From Candidatus Poribacteria bacterium (GTDB lineage: Bacteria > Poribacteria > WGA-4E > JAJDTR01), in the NCBI GenBank assembly GCA_965222225.1, contig CBDCTK010000002.1, forward strand, positions 1,344,001 through 1,408,000: a DNA stretch of 64,000 bases. Direction: 5' to 3'. Below, piece by piece: positions 9,683 through 18,548 of the stretch. Under the pieces are notes generated by a model, which had not been told where the DNA came from, made no database searches, and saw nothing but the letters and a program-made list of their open reading frames with translations. Position numbers and translations under genes: made by a program. Within the stretch, counting starts at the first letter, position 1, and each line of letters begins with the position of its first letter.

Positions 9683-10288
9683 TTAGCATTCAACCTCATA
9701 GATTCCGTTGAGCGCATCCCACAGCACAACACTCATCGTCTCGCAAGCGCCCAGCGCCTCTTCCTGTTCTTCCGACGACAGCAATTCAATCCGATCCAGC
9801 AGTTTTTCGCTCTCATGCTGGTTGTGCGAGTGGATTTCAAAGTAAGGTTCCACGGTTTGAGGCAGGTTGTAGAAGGATTTTAAGCCTTCAAGTTTCGACT
9901 GGGCGGTGGCGGGTTGTTGGGATTCAAAGGCGTAAAGCGCTCCAAGCGCTGTGGTCGGGGTGGAAAAAAGACGCCGCGCCGTCTCGACTAATTTCCTGAC
10001 CTGCGCGATGCATGCTTGCCCGGCCTCGGTACCCAAGCCTTGGGCAAAATCGTTCCACAGTTCTAGGTGTTCCCTTTCCTCTTGAGCGATTTCGTAATCC
10101 GCCAGCGTCTCCCATCCACTTGGCATAAGAGAAATGAGTGCACCATATTCGCCGGCGTAGGTGCGCAGCGCTTCCTGAGATAATGTCCCATCACTCCACG
10201 CCTGATAAAAAGGATTTTCGAGCAAATTCCAATTTGAGATTGTCTCGTCTAGTCGATGCTTAATGTTCATGTTTGAACTCTTCTCCAT
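9683..10288 (-). CDS. CADD/PqqC/TenA-like heme-oxygenase-fold dimetal enzyme
   Basis: LLENPFYQAWSDGTL, EEREHLELW, ALYAFESQQP, SKLEGL, YFEIH resemble Chlamydia CADD. Confidence 0.8.
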   Translation of the reverse strand: MEKSSNMNIKHRLDETISNWNLLENPFYQAWSDGTLSQEALRTYAGEYGALISLMPSGWETLADYEIAQEEREHLELWNDFAQGLGTEAGQACIAQVRKLVETARRLFSTPTTALGALYAFESQQPATAQSKLEGLKSFYNLPQTVEPYFEIHSHNQHESEKLLDRIELLSSEEQEEALGACETMSVVLWDALNGIYEVEC

Positions 10289-10313
10289 TTACGAATTTAT
10301 GACGCTGTTCACA

Positions 10314-10342
10314 ATTATAGCACACGGCGTCTTTGCAGTCAA
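10314..10342 (-). promoter_or_regulatory. Sigma70-type promoter for the CADD-like gene
   Basis: Minus strand TTGACT-17 nt-TATAAT with an extended -10 TG. Confidence 0.7.
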
Positions 10343-10506
10343 GCGAACCGAATCGACCAATCTTCAATTGTTAAATCCTTGATTTTCTTTCTTTTCTTTG
10401 CACCGGCATTCTGCGATTGTTTTCTAACTTTAAGCCGTGTTTACCTGTGTCAATCCGTACCCATTCCTTCCACCCTTCCAATCTGCCATTCTTTAAACAC
10501 TCATAC

Positions 10507-10535
10507 TTGCTTAATTGAGCAAAACGTGTTATAAT
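10507..10535 (+). promoter_or_regulatory. Sigma70-type promoter for ferredoxin-yicC-gmk
   Basis: TTGCTT-17 nt-TATAAT with an extended -10 TG. Confidence 0.65.
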
Positions 10536-10604
10536 CAAAATGTCTTAATACCATCCCAAGTTAACCGGCTAACTTGTCAGACCAGAGACGGAAAGAAAAC
10601 CTAA

Positions 10605-11063
10605 ATGGCTTACTATATTACAGATGAGTGCATTGGATGCATGGCGTGCTTGACGAACTGCCCCGTTGATGCAATCACCGGCGATCGGAATAAATTGCAC
10701 ATCATCGATCCGGGCGTGTGTATTGATTGTAGCGCTTGTGGAATGGTCTGTCCTGTTGAAGCTATTCGAGACCAGCATGGAGAGGTCTGTAAATTCATAA
10801 GGCGCCCGACGCATAGACCCATTGCAGTCATTTACGAAGAACTCTGCTCAGGCTGTGATTTCTGTGTGCACATCTGCCCCTGGGATTGCCTCGAATTGAA
10901 AGATCCCGAGACAGGTGAACACGCCGAGAGTTTCTTCGGAATTTGCGAACTCGTCAAACCCAAGGATTGCGTCGGTTGCAAACTCTGCGAGGAAGTCTGC
11001 ATTAAGGACGCAATTCGGGTTGAATCACCCGTTCTAGTGGAGCTGGAAGAGGCTGCCGACTAG
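10605..11063 (+). CDS. Polyferredoxin with four 4Fe-4S binding motifs
   Basis: Four CxxCxxCxxxC motifs. Confidence 0.9.
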   Translation: MAYYITDECIGCMACLTNCPVDAITGDRNKLHIIDPGVCIDCSACGMVCPVEAIRDQHGEVCKFIRRPTHRPIAVIYEELCSGCDFCVHICPWDCLELKDPETGEHAESFFGICELVKPKDCVGCKLCEEVCIKDAIRVESPVLVELEEAAD

Positions 11064-11079
11064 AACTCAAGGATGATTC

Positions 11080-11964
11080 ATGATTAAAAGCATGACAGGG
11101 TATAGCCGGAAGGAGGCAAACACCACCTCCGGCACCTTGACAATCGAAGTAAAGACGTGGAACCACCGTCACTCCAATGTGTCCATCCGCATCCCGCCTC
11201 TTCTCTCGCAGTTTGAACATCCCATCCGCACCGCGGTAAGGAATCGCATCCACAGAGGACAAGCGCAGGTCAATATTGAACTTTCCGAGAACGACACGGA
11301 CTCGGGTTCCCACCTAAAGTTCAACCTCGCCTTGGCGAGACAATACTATCATGGGCTTGCCGAAATCCGAAATGAACTCCAGCTACATGATGAGATTTCG
11401 TTGGCGGTATTGGCGCAGCTTCCTGGCGTTTTCACCGTCGGTAAACCCACCATTGATGAACAATCGGCTTGGATCGAAGTCCAACCACTTCTAGAACAAA
11501 CGCTTGATGGACTGGATCAGATGAAACGCGCGGAAGGTCAAGTGATGTCTGAAGCGATTCTCGAACTCTTGAAATCAATTCAATCTTACCTTCGGAAACT
11601 TGACGGCGCACGTGAGAATCTGGTTGAAACAGCGAAGAGCAAATTAGAGACCCGTTTGAATGAACTCTTTGAGGGACGAATTGAGATTGACAAGAATCGC
11701 ATCGTGATGGAAGCCGGCGTAATTGCGTCACGCTCCGATGTTACGGAAGAGCTTGTGAGGCTCGACAGCCACTGTGCACAATTTGAGAATTACTTAGGTG
11801 CGAAAGATCCGGTCGGCAGGCAACTCGATTTTCTACTTCAAGAGATGAATCGCGAAGTCAACACTATCGCTTCGAAGTCCTCGTCAATGGCGCCCTCTTC
11901 CCTTTGTGTTTCTCTCAAGACCGAAATCGAAAAGATTCGGGAAATCGTTCAGAATGTCGAATGA
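11080..11964 (+). CDS. yicC: YicC/YloC family endoribonuclease
   Basis: MIKSMTGY, DVTEELVRLDSH, GRQLDFLLQEMNREVNTIASK, REIVQNVE. Confidence 0.92.
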   Translation: MIKSMTGYSRKEANTTSGTLTIEVKTWNHRHSNVSIRIPPLLSQFEHPIRTAVRNRIHRGQAQVNIELSENDTDSGSHLKFNLALARQYYHGLAEIRNELQLHDEISLAVLAQLPGVFTVGKPTIDEQSAWIEVQPLLEQTLDGLDQMKRAEGQVMSEAILELLKSIQSYLRKLDGARENLVETAKSKLETRLNELFEGRIEIDKNRIVMEAGVIASRSDVTEELVRLDSHCAQFENYLGAKDPVGRQLDFLLQEMNREVNTIASKSSSMAPSSLCVSLKTEIEKIREIVQNVE

Positions 11965-12595
11965 GCCGCACCCCCGCCAGGGTTCACTGATTGTCATTTC
12001 AGGCCCATCCGGCGCTGGCAAAACAAGTGTTATTGACGCGCTCCTCCAATCCGACTCAACATTGACATGTTCCGTTTCTGCGACGACGCGTCCCCCTAGA
12101 CCCAATGAGATTAACGGTGTCAACTATCATTTCCTATCACCTTCCGAATTTGAAACACGCCTCGGGAAAAGCGAGTTCGTCGAGTGGACTCGGTACGGTG
12201 AATACTGTTACGGCACACTAAAGTCGGAAATCGAGTCGCCTTTGACTGAGGGCAAAGATCTCGTCTTCGAGATTGATGTTAAGGGCGCTATGGCGCTCAA
12301 ATCGTGGAGTCCCAAGATTATATCCATTTTCATTTTGCCCCCCTCGTTTGCGATCCTGGAAAAGCGCCTTCGTCGGCGGCAAACCGAATCATGTCACGAA
12401 CTTCAGCAACGCTTGGCAATTGCAAAATCTGAGATTGCGTATGTAAAGGATTATGACTACTGCGTGATAAATTCTGATGACAAGATTGATCAAGCCGTGC
12501 AACAGATTCGGCACATTATCTCTGCGCAACGCTGCCGTATTAATGAATCGTTCTTAGCGTGGACATCTCAAGAATTCTCTCACCCGACCTCTTAG
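11954..12595 (+). CDS. gmk: Guanylate kinase
   Basis: SGPSGAGKT, SVSATTRPPRPNEINGVNYHF, EIDVKGA. ATG at 11954 overlaps the yicC end. Confidence 0.95.
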   Translation: MSNEPHPRQGSLIVISGPSGAGKTSVIDALLQSDSTLTCSVSATTRPPRPNEINGVNYHFLSPSEFETRLGKSEFVEWTRYGEYCYGTLKSEIESPLTEGKDLVFEIDVKGAMALKSWSPKIISIFILPPSFAILEKRLRRRQTESCHELQQRLAIAKSEIAYVKDYDYCVINSDDKIDQAVQQIRHIISAQRCRINESFLAWTSQEFSHPTS

Positions 12596-12613
12596 TGGTT
12601 CACTCTCTAAACC

Positions 12614-12760
12614 CAAGTTGCCACCTTTGTCCGACAGCGGTACGGAAACCGAGTTTTTTCCGTCGTGGAAATACGAGATTGACGAAAATCAGACCAATAT
12701 GCCTATAAACTAGCGAATGTGAATCAAAAACGCGGTTTCTCTGTTATAGGTAGTAACTTG
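12614..12760. repeat. Nested inverted-repeat (MITE-like) element
   Basis: Outer IR CAAGTTGCCACCT/AGGTAGTAACTTG; inner IR GAAACCGAGTTTTT/AAAAACGCGGTTTC. Confidence 0.5.
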
Positions 12761-12776
12761 CATTAAAAAGCAAAAC

Positions 12777-12818
12777 TTCGTCAAATTCCGTCAAGTTTCG
12801 TCAAGTTTCGTCAAGTTT
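12777..12818. repeat. 4 x 10-bp direct repeat (TTCGTCAAGT)
   Basis: ttcgtcaaat tccgtcaagt ttcgtcaagt ttcgtcaagt. Confidence 0.85.
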
Positions 12819-12965
12819 GTAGGGTGGAATCGACAATCTTCAAATGGCCTATTCCCCCTCTTACTGCTCATAAGTCTTTGGCTTTAAATGATGGGATCGG
12901 CAACCGTATATCACCGCTTTTCTCTATCTGCACGTGCTTTTGTAAGCCCCGGCGCGATAATTCAT

Positions 12966-12986
12966 GTAGGGTGGGCACTGCCCACC
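12966..12986 (+). repeat. GTAG-type REP element
   Basis: GTAGGGTGGGCACTGCCCACC. Confidence 0.75.
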
Positions 12987-13121
12987 AGCCTTTGGTTTTG
13001 ATAGATAGACATCGTTCACCGCACAAGAATTCGCACCAATAGAGCTCTTGTAGCGAGCTGCAGAGCGCGGCCACAGTTTATCGCCGCCCGCTAACTACCG
13101 CGAAAGTCAAGGAAAACACGT

Positions 13122-16070
13122 ATGGCACAAAACAACCGCACCCCCGAAGTCCAAGACTACCGACACGACGCCGCCACCCGAAGAAACAACCCTCCCGCCG
13201 GCATCGCCTCCCACGGGGGGCTCCGCGAAAAACCAAAGCGAGAATACGCCTACAACCCCCACCTGCCGCCTGTCCTCCGATTCAACGAGACCGGAGCAGC
13301 CGACCAACTCCCCGAACTCCTCGAAAAGGCGAAGAACGGACTTTCCGACGACGAAATCAAAATCCTCGCCGACGCATTGAAAGACCGCGCCCCCTGGCTC
13401 GAATGGGCAGGCAAACAGGAGGCGAAATCCTTCGCCGTCGATCCGGTGGCGCTGCATATCCACGAGCGCGTGAGCGCAAAAGCCATTATGCGAGCCGCGG
13501 GACGCCAAGATGTCCAACGCCACCTCTTCGCCGACCCGCAGCAGGCGTATCACGAGGCGGTGCAGTTCTACCAGCACGACGTGGATTGGTCTAACCGCCT
13601 CATCTTGGGCGATAGCCTCACCGTGATGAGTTCCCTCGCGCATCGCGAAGACCTCGCCGGCAAAGTGCAGATGATCTACATCGACCCGCCCTACGGCATC
13701 AAGTTTGCCTCAAACTTTCAGCCCACCGTGTTTCAGCGTGATGTGAAGGACAAGGAGAGCGACCTAACCCGCGAACCGGAACAGATTAAAGCCTACCGTG
13801 ACACCTGGACGCTGGGCGTGCATTCCTACCTCGCCTACTTGCGTGATCGTCTGATTGTCGCCAAGGAATTGCTGACTGATAGCGGGAGTATCTTTGTTCA
13901 GATTAGTGATGAGAATGTCCATCGCGTGCGGTGTTTGATGGATGAAGTGTTTGAGAGCGAGAATTTTGTCAGTATGATTAGCTACACAACAACCTCTGGT
14001 CTCGGAAATAAGAATCTGGAAACCACTGGTGATTATCTTATTTGGTACTGCAAAGACATTTCCCAAATAAAAACTCGTACGATTTGGCTGGAAAAAGAAT
14101 TAAAGCCCGATAAGGCCTATAGGAATCTTGAACTCAAACATGGAGCGCGCCGCTATATGTCAAACTCCGATATCGAAGGGCGAAGTGCCTTCCTTAGGAA
14201 GTGTCGTATATTCAGATACGACAACCTGCAAAGTCAAAGTGGAGGCGAGAGTGGACAGTTCCCTGTCGAATTCGAGGGGCGGACATTTAGGATTGCACGA
14301 GGTAGCTGGAAAACGAGCAAAACTGGCATGAGTATTCTTATTCAGAGTGGTAGGATTGACCGTTTTGGAAACACGTTGAGTTACATTCGATATATTGATG
14401 ATTTCCTATGCAAACGATTGACAAATATGTGGACGGATACGAGCATCTCAGGGTTTGCAAGCAATAAAAAATACGTTGTAGAAACTAGTCTAAAAGTCAT
14501 CCAGCGCTGCATTTTAATGACCACAGACCCCGGCGATCTTGTCCTCGATCCCACCTGCGGAAGCGGTACCACCGCTTACGTCGCAGAGAGTTGGGGCAGG
14601 CGCTGGATAACCATTGATACCAGCCGCGTCGCGATTGCCCTAGCGCGTCAACGCCTTCTGACAGGAACCTTCAACTACTACAAACTCAAAGATGATTCGG
14701 CAGGCGTTGTGGGCGGCTTCATCCATAGAAGTGCCGCGTATATCACGCTCAAGGGAATGGCTCAGAACATAGCGCTTGACCCCATCTTCACAAAGCATGA
14801 ACCGGTTCTTGAGGAGAAGTTGGAGGCGTTGAACCGTACCTTGGAGGCGGTAACACCTGAGATTCGCACCGCGCTGCACGCCAAACTCGTGGAAAAAGGG
14901 AAACGCGAAGGGAAGAAAGCCGTCACCGATGCCGACCGGCGGCGCTGGGAACTCTCGGGGAGCGCTTGGAAGGGGTGGGAGGTGCCGTTTGATACCGATC
15001 CCGATTGGCACCCAGAGTTGCAGCAAGCCTTAACCGATTACCGCGAGGCGTGGCGGGCAAAGATGGATGAAGTGAACGAATGCATCGCTGCCGCGTCCGA
15101 CATTGAGGAGCTGGTCGATCAGCCAGAGGTGGACAGAAAGAAACTGAGGGTGAGTGGCCCCTTCACCGTGGAGGCGGTGCAACCCGCCGAAGAATCGCTC
15201 CACGACGATTCACCGATTGGGGGTGAACCTGAAGACATGTCGGACACGTTCGAGTCCGAAGGCAGCGGTAGCGAATCGGCAAACGCCGAAGCCTATCTTG
15301 ACAGCATGATTCGTCTGCTCCGAAATGACGGCGTCCGTTTTCCCGATAACCGAACCATGGAATTCGATCGGCTTGACCCGATTGAAGCTGACGTTCTCCA
15401 TGCCGAAGGCGCTTGGAAAGACGACACCGAAGATCGACTTATTGCCGTAGTATTCGGGCCTCAACACGGTCCGGTGACGGCGATGCAGGTTGAGGAATGC
15501 CTGCCGATTGCATCTCGCCGCGGCTACGACGATCTAGTCTTTGCGGGTTTCGGTTTCGATGGCGCCGCCCAAGCCGCTATCGGCGACGATCCGAATCCCA
15601 GAGTCCGTATCCACATGGCGCACATCAACCCCGACGTGGCAATGGGCGGCTTGCTCAAAGAGACGCCAACCAGTCAGCTCTTCACCGTGTTCGGCGAGCC
15701 TCGTACAAAAGTTGAAATGTCGGAAGACGACGAGTACATCGTCACGATGGAGGGCGTCGATGTCTACAATCCCGTCGACAACATGGTGACCTCCGAAGGC
15801 AGCGACAGGGTGGCGGCGTGGTTCATTGATTCCGACTACGACGGCAGGACCTTCTGCATCACCCAAGCCTTTTTTCCCGACAAGAAAGCCTGGAGCAGAA
15901 TTGCCCGCGCCCTGAAGGGCGTCATCGATCCGGAGCGTTTTGAAAACTTCAGCGGTACCACTTCCTTGCCGTTTCCTGCGGGTGAACATCGACGCGTCGC
16001 CGTCAAGGTCATCGACCCGCGCGGAAATGAGGTCATGCGAGTACACAACCTCGGCGAGCAGGGATACTGA
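13122..16070 (+). CDS. mod: Type III-like restriction-modification methyltransferase (Mod, N6/N4 beta class)
   Basis: IYIDPPYG catalytic motif precedes the LDPTCGSGTT SAM-binding motif, with a variable TRD between them; C-terminal AVKVIDPRGNE. Confidence 0.9.
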   Translation: MAQNNRTPEVQDYRHDAATRRNNPPAGIASHGGLREKPKREYAYNPHLPPVLRFNETGAADQLPELLEKAKNGLSDDEIKILADALKDRAPWLEWAGKQEAKSFAVDPVALHIHERVSAKAIMRAAGRQDVQRHLFADPQQAYHEAVQFYQHDVDWSNRLILGDSLTVMSSLAHREDLAGKVQMIYIDPPYGIKFASNFQPTVFQRDVKDKESDLTREPEQIKAYRDTWTLGVHSYLAYLRDRLIVAKELLTDSGSIFVQISDENVHRVRCLMDEVFESENFVSMISYTTTSGLGNKNLETTGDYLIWYCKDISQIKTRTIWLEKELKPDKAYRNLELKHGARRYMSNSDIEGRSAFLRKCRIFRYDNLQSQSGGESGQFPVEFEGRTFRIARGSWKTSKTGMSILIQSGRIDRFGNTLSYIRYIDDFLCKRLTNMWTDTSISGFASNKKYVVETSLKVIQRCILMTTDPGDLVLDPTCGSGTTAYVAESWGRRWITIDTSRVAIALARQRLLTGTFNYYKLKDDSAGVVGGFIHRSAAYITLKGMAQNIALDPIFTKHEPVLEEKLEALNRTLEAVTPEIRTALHAKLVEKGKREGKKAVTDADRRRWELSGSAWKGWEVPFDTDPDWHPELQQALTDYREAWRAKMDEVNECIAAASDIEELVDQPEVDRKKLRVSGPFTVEAVQPAEESLHDDSPIGGEPEDMSDTFESEGSGSESANAEAYLDSMIRLLRNDGVRFPDNRTMEFDRLDPIEADVLHAEGAWKDDTEDRLIAVVFGPQHGPVTAMQVEECLPIASRRGYDDLVFAGFGFDGAAQAAIGDDPNPRVRIHMAHINPDVAMGGLLKETPTSQLFTVFGEPRTKVEMSEDDEYIVTMEGVDVYNPVDNMVTSEGSDRVAAWFIDSDYDGRTFCITQAFFPDKKAWSRIARALKGVIDPERFENFSGTTSLPFPAGEHRRVAVKVIDPRGNEVMRVHNLGEQGY

Positions 16071-16098
16071 GATCTCGTCTCGTAACTATCATTCACAC

Positions 16099-16127
16099 TT
16101 GCGCCGTAAGCCGGATTGTGATATACT
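16099..16127 (+). promoter_or_regulatory. Sigma70-type promoter downstream of mod
   Basis: TTGCGC-17 nt-TATACT with an extended -10 TG. Confidence 0.45.
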
Positions 16128-16150
16128 TAACGTGTGTAATGTGTCTAATT

Positions 16151-16171
16151 GTAGGGTGGGCACTGCCCACC
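16151..16171 (+). repeat. GTAG-type REP element
   Basis: GTAGGGTGGGCACTGCCCACC, identical to the 12966 copy. Confidence 0.75.
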
Positions 16172-16384
16172 ATCTCCGACTACTAACCGTACGTATCCCA
16201 TGGTTTCCTGATATTGATTAGGACTACGCAAACGTGAAACTCCTAGCCCACCGCTGGGCTCACGACGTGGCGATGCGTAAAGGTGTAACGATACTGTTGC
16301 GAATATTTTCCGTGAAAGACTTCTGGCGATGGACTGTTACACGAAGTTTACTGGGTTGCCTGTTACCCCAAAAAAATCCAATGT

Positions 16385-16424
16385 TTGTGACATTTTGTGA
16401 TATTTTGTGACAATTCGTGACATC
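16385..16424. repeat. 4 x 10-bp direct repeat (TTGTGACAWT)
   Basis: ttgtgacatt ttgtgatatt ttgtgacaat tcgtgacatc. Confidence 0.85.
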
Positions 16425-16864
16425 GCAAGAATCAAACACATTAAGACGGCGTAGATTGGGCTGTACGAACAACCTCCTCGTCCCAACCATTTTGTATGGA
16501 TAGATGCCAACCGTGTTTTTCATACCTACTTTCCCGTGCAATTCATACAGAACTTGCTAAGAAGCCGGTTATAGCGTGTATTTTCGCGCCTTTTTTCCCG
16601 TAAAAGTTTCCCAATTCTGCATATTACGTACGAAGAGTATGAAATGCTGTGATGATCCCGTAGAATGCAGCCACTTGTAGTTTTTCTCTTTTGCGTTCTA
16701 GCGGAGCAGAATGTGGTTCAGGCAAACCTGCAGGTCGTTTTTGTAGGGTGCGCACTGCAATCAAGCGAGTGGATAGCGAGTGCGATAGCCATCTTACCAG
16801 CCTTTGAAAGCGCCAGCGGGGCGATAGATAGCAATCTGCATTAAGATAGCCGAGGAAGCACAGG

Positions 16865-17080
16865 ATGGGTAAAAACCACGACATCTTTGACGGCTACACC
16901 GTCAACCTATTCCTTGATGAAGATGGCGATTATGTAGCGCCTTTCGTCGAACTCCCCAATATCTCGGCGTTCTCGGATACCCCGGCAGGTGTAGTGAAAG
17001 AATTTGTCTTGGCGTGGCAATGCTTTAAGGAGAGTCATCAGAAACACTATGAACCCATCCCACAAGCAGCGTTGGGTTAA
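16865..17080 (+). CDS. HicB-like antitoxin (short, possibly degenerate; no intact HicA seen)
   Basis: YTVNLFLDEDGDYVAPFVELPNISAFSDTP...EPIP resembles the HicB N-terminal fold. Confidence 0.65.
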   Translation: MGKNHDIFDGYTVNLFLDEDGDYVAPFVELPNISAFSDTPAGVVKEFVLAWQCFKESHQKHYEPIPQAALG

Positions 17081-17552
17081 GCGCCGGAATATTTAGTTTT
17101 CCAAAAAACTTTAATATGAAGTGTGACTTTTCACGCCTTAAATGATAAAATCATGCGATAGAGATTATCAAATTTCCACAAGTTAACATATGGAGGTCGA
17201 TATGGATATGGAGAATCAAGAGGTTTCGCCAATGGTTCGGGAACCGACCCGAACGCAAAGCGAGAATGTAGAGACTATTATTAGCCGTTTGAATAATCAC
17301 CGGATTATCATACCGGACTACCAACGCGATGCCGAGCAGTGGGATCCCCGAAAAGAATCGCTTTTTATCGAATCGTTATTGAATAATCTAACAATACCAG
17401 CCCTCTTTTTCCTAGAAAATCAGGATAGTTCAACGGAATTAGTAGCTTGTAGCTTTTAGACTGACGACAAACATAAAACTTGGTACCCTGTCGTAAATCT
17501 TTTCGTCACACGTAGATGTCCATAGTGACTATTCTTCTCGTAGGAGTTTGCT

Positions 17553-18407
17553 ATGGACATTTTGAATCTTATGAAAGAGTTTCCAAATCAAGAATCTTGT
17601 CTCAGATTTATAGAGGAAAAACGTTGGAAGGACGGTGTTTGCTGTATCCACTGTGGCAGTGAAAAAGTTGGACGCAAGAACAAAAACGACATTACTACTG
17701 GTTGGAATTGCTACGATTGTGAATCTAGCTTTTCGGCTACAGCAGGAACCATCTTCCATGGTACCAAGATACCTCTCCAGAAATGGTTTTTGGCTATCTC
17801 AATTCTTTCCAATGCCAAGAAAAGCATATCGAGTTGTCAGCTTGCTCGTGACTTGGACATGAATCAAAAGTCCGCTTGGTATATGGCAATGCGCCTCCGT
17901 GAGAAAATGAGTGATAGTGATGAATTGCTGAAAGGGATAGTTGAAGCGGACGAAACCTATGTCGGCGGCAAACCCAGAGCAAAATCTAAGAGAGGTAGAG
18001 GCACAAATAAATCTCCCGTCATCGGCGTAGTCGAGAGAGGCGGTCGGGTGGTTGCTAAATTCATGAAGGTTCTATCTGGTGAAAATATCAGAGAATTCAT
18101 CCTTAGCAATGTCTCACCCGATGAGTCTATTCTTATGACTGATGAATTTCGCTCTTACAATAGTCTGGACGAAGATATCGAAAGACATGTTATCCATCAC
18201 CAAGAGAGATATGTTTCTGAGGACGGCGTAACTCACACCAACACCATCGAGTCGTTTTGGGCTTGTGTCAAGAGGTCATTCTACGGAACGCATCATCACT
18301 ACAGCAAGAAGTGGCTGCCACTGTATATCATGGAGTCTTGCTGGAAATATAATCGCAGAAAAGATGATGAGATTTTCATAAGATTTTTTGATGAATGCTT
18401 CACCTGA
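17553..18407 (+). CDS. IS1595-family transposase
   Basis: Zn ribbon CIHC...CYDC; VEADETYVGG, TDEFRSY, HTNTIESFW. Confidence 0.95.
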   Translation: MDILNLMKEFPNQESCLRFIEEKRWKDGVCCIHCGSEKVGRKNKNDITTGWNCYDCESSFSATAGTIFHGTKIPLQKWFLAISILSNAKKSISSCQLARDLDMNQKSAWYMAMRLREKMSDSDELLKGIVEADETYVGGKPRAKSKRGRGTNKSPVIGVVERGGRVVAKFMKVLSGENIREFILSNVSPDESILMTDEFRSYNSLDEDIERHVIHHQERYVSEDGVTHTNTIESFWACVKRSFYGTHHHYSKKWLPLYIMESCWKYNRRKDDEIFIRFFDECFT

Positions 18408-18425
18408 GCCACATGAATTGTTTGG

Positions 18426-18548
18426 CTATCGGTATATTCTGTCAACGACAACATCATGGTGTGCTGAAAATCCCATAGTGTTGGAAATTAAAATCCCGCA
18501 GATAACCCGCAATGCTCCCGCGAGCATGTACAAACGCTTGGTCAACAT
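18426..18548 (-). CDS. Putative 40-aa IS passenger peptide (copy 1)
   Basis: GGAGG 6 nt before ATG; MLTKRLYMLAGALRVICGILISNTMGFSAHHDVVVDRIYR; present in all three copies. Confidence 0.45.
   Translation of the reverse strand: MLTKRLYMLAGALRVICGILISNTMGFSAHHDVVVDRIYR

Noticed and set aside
10556-10577. CAAGTTA...TAACTTG palindrome resembling the outer IR at 12614-12760
   Set aside because: Too short to tell an element footprint from an ordinary leader hairpin.
16624-16864. Possible hicA toxin upstream of the HicB-like ORF
   Set aside because: No frame gave a recognisable HicA motif.
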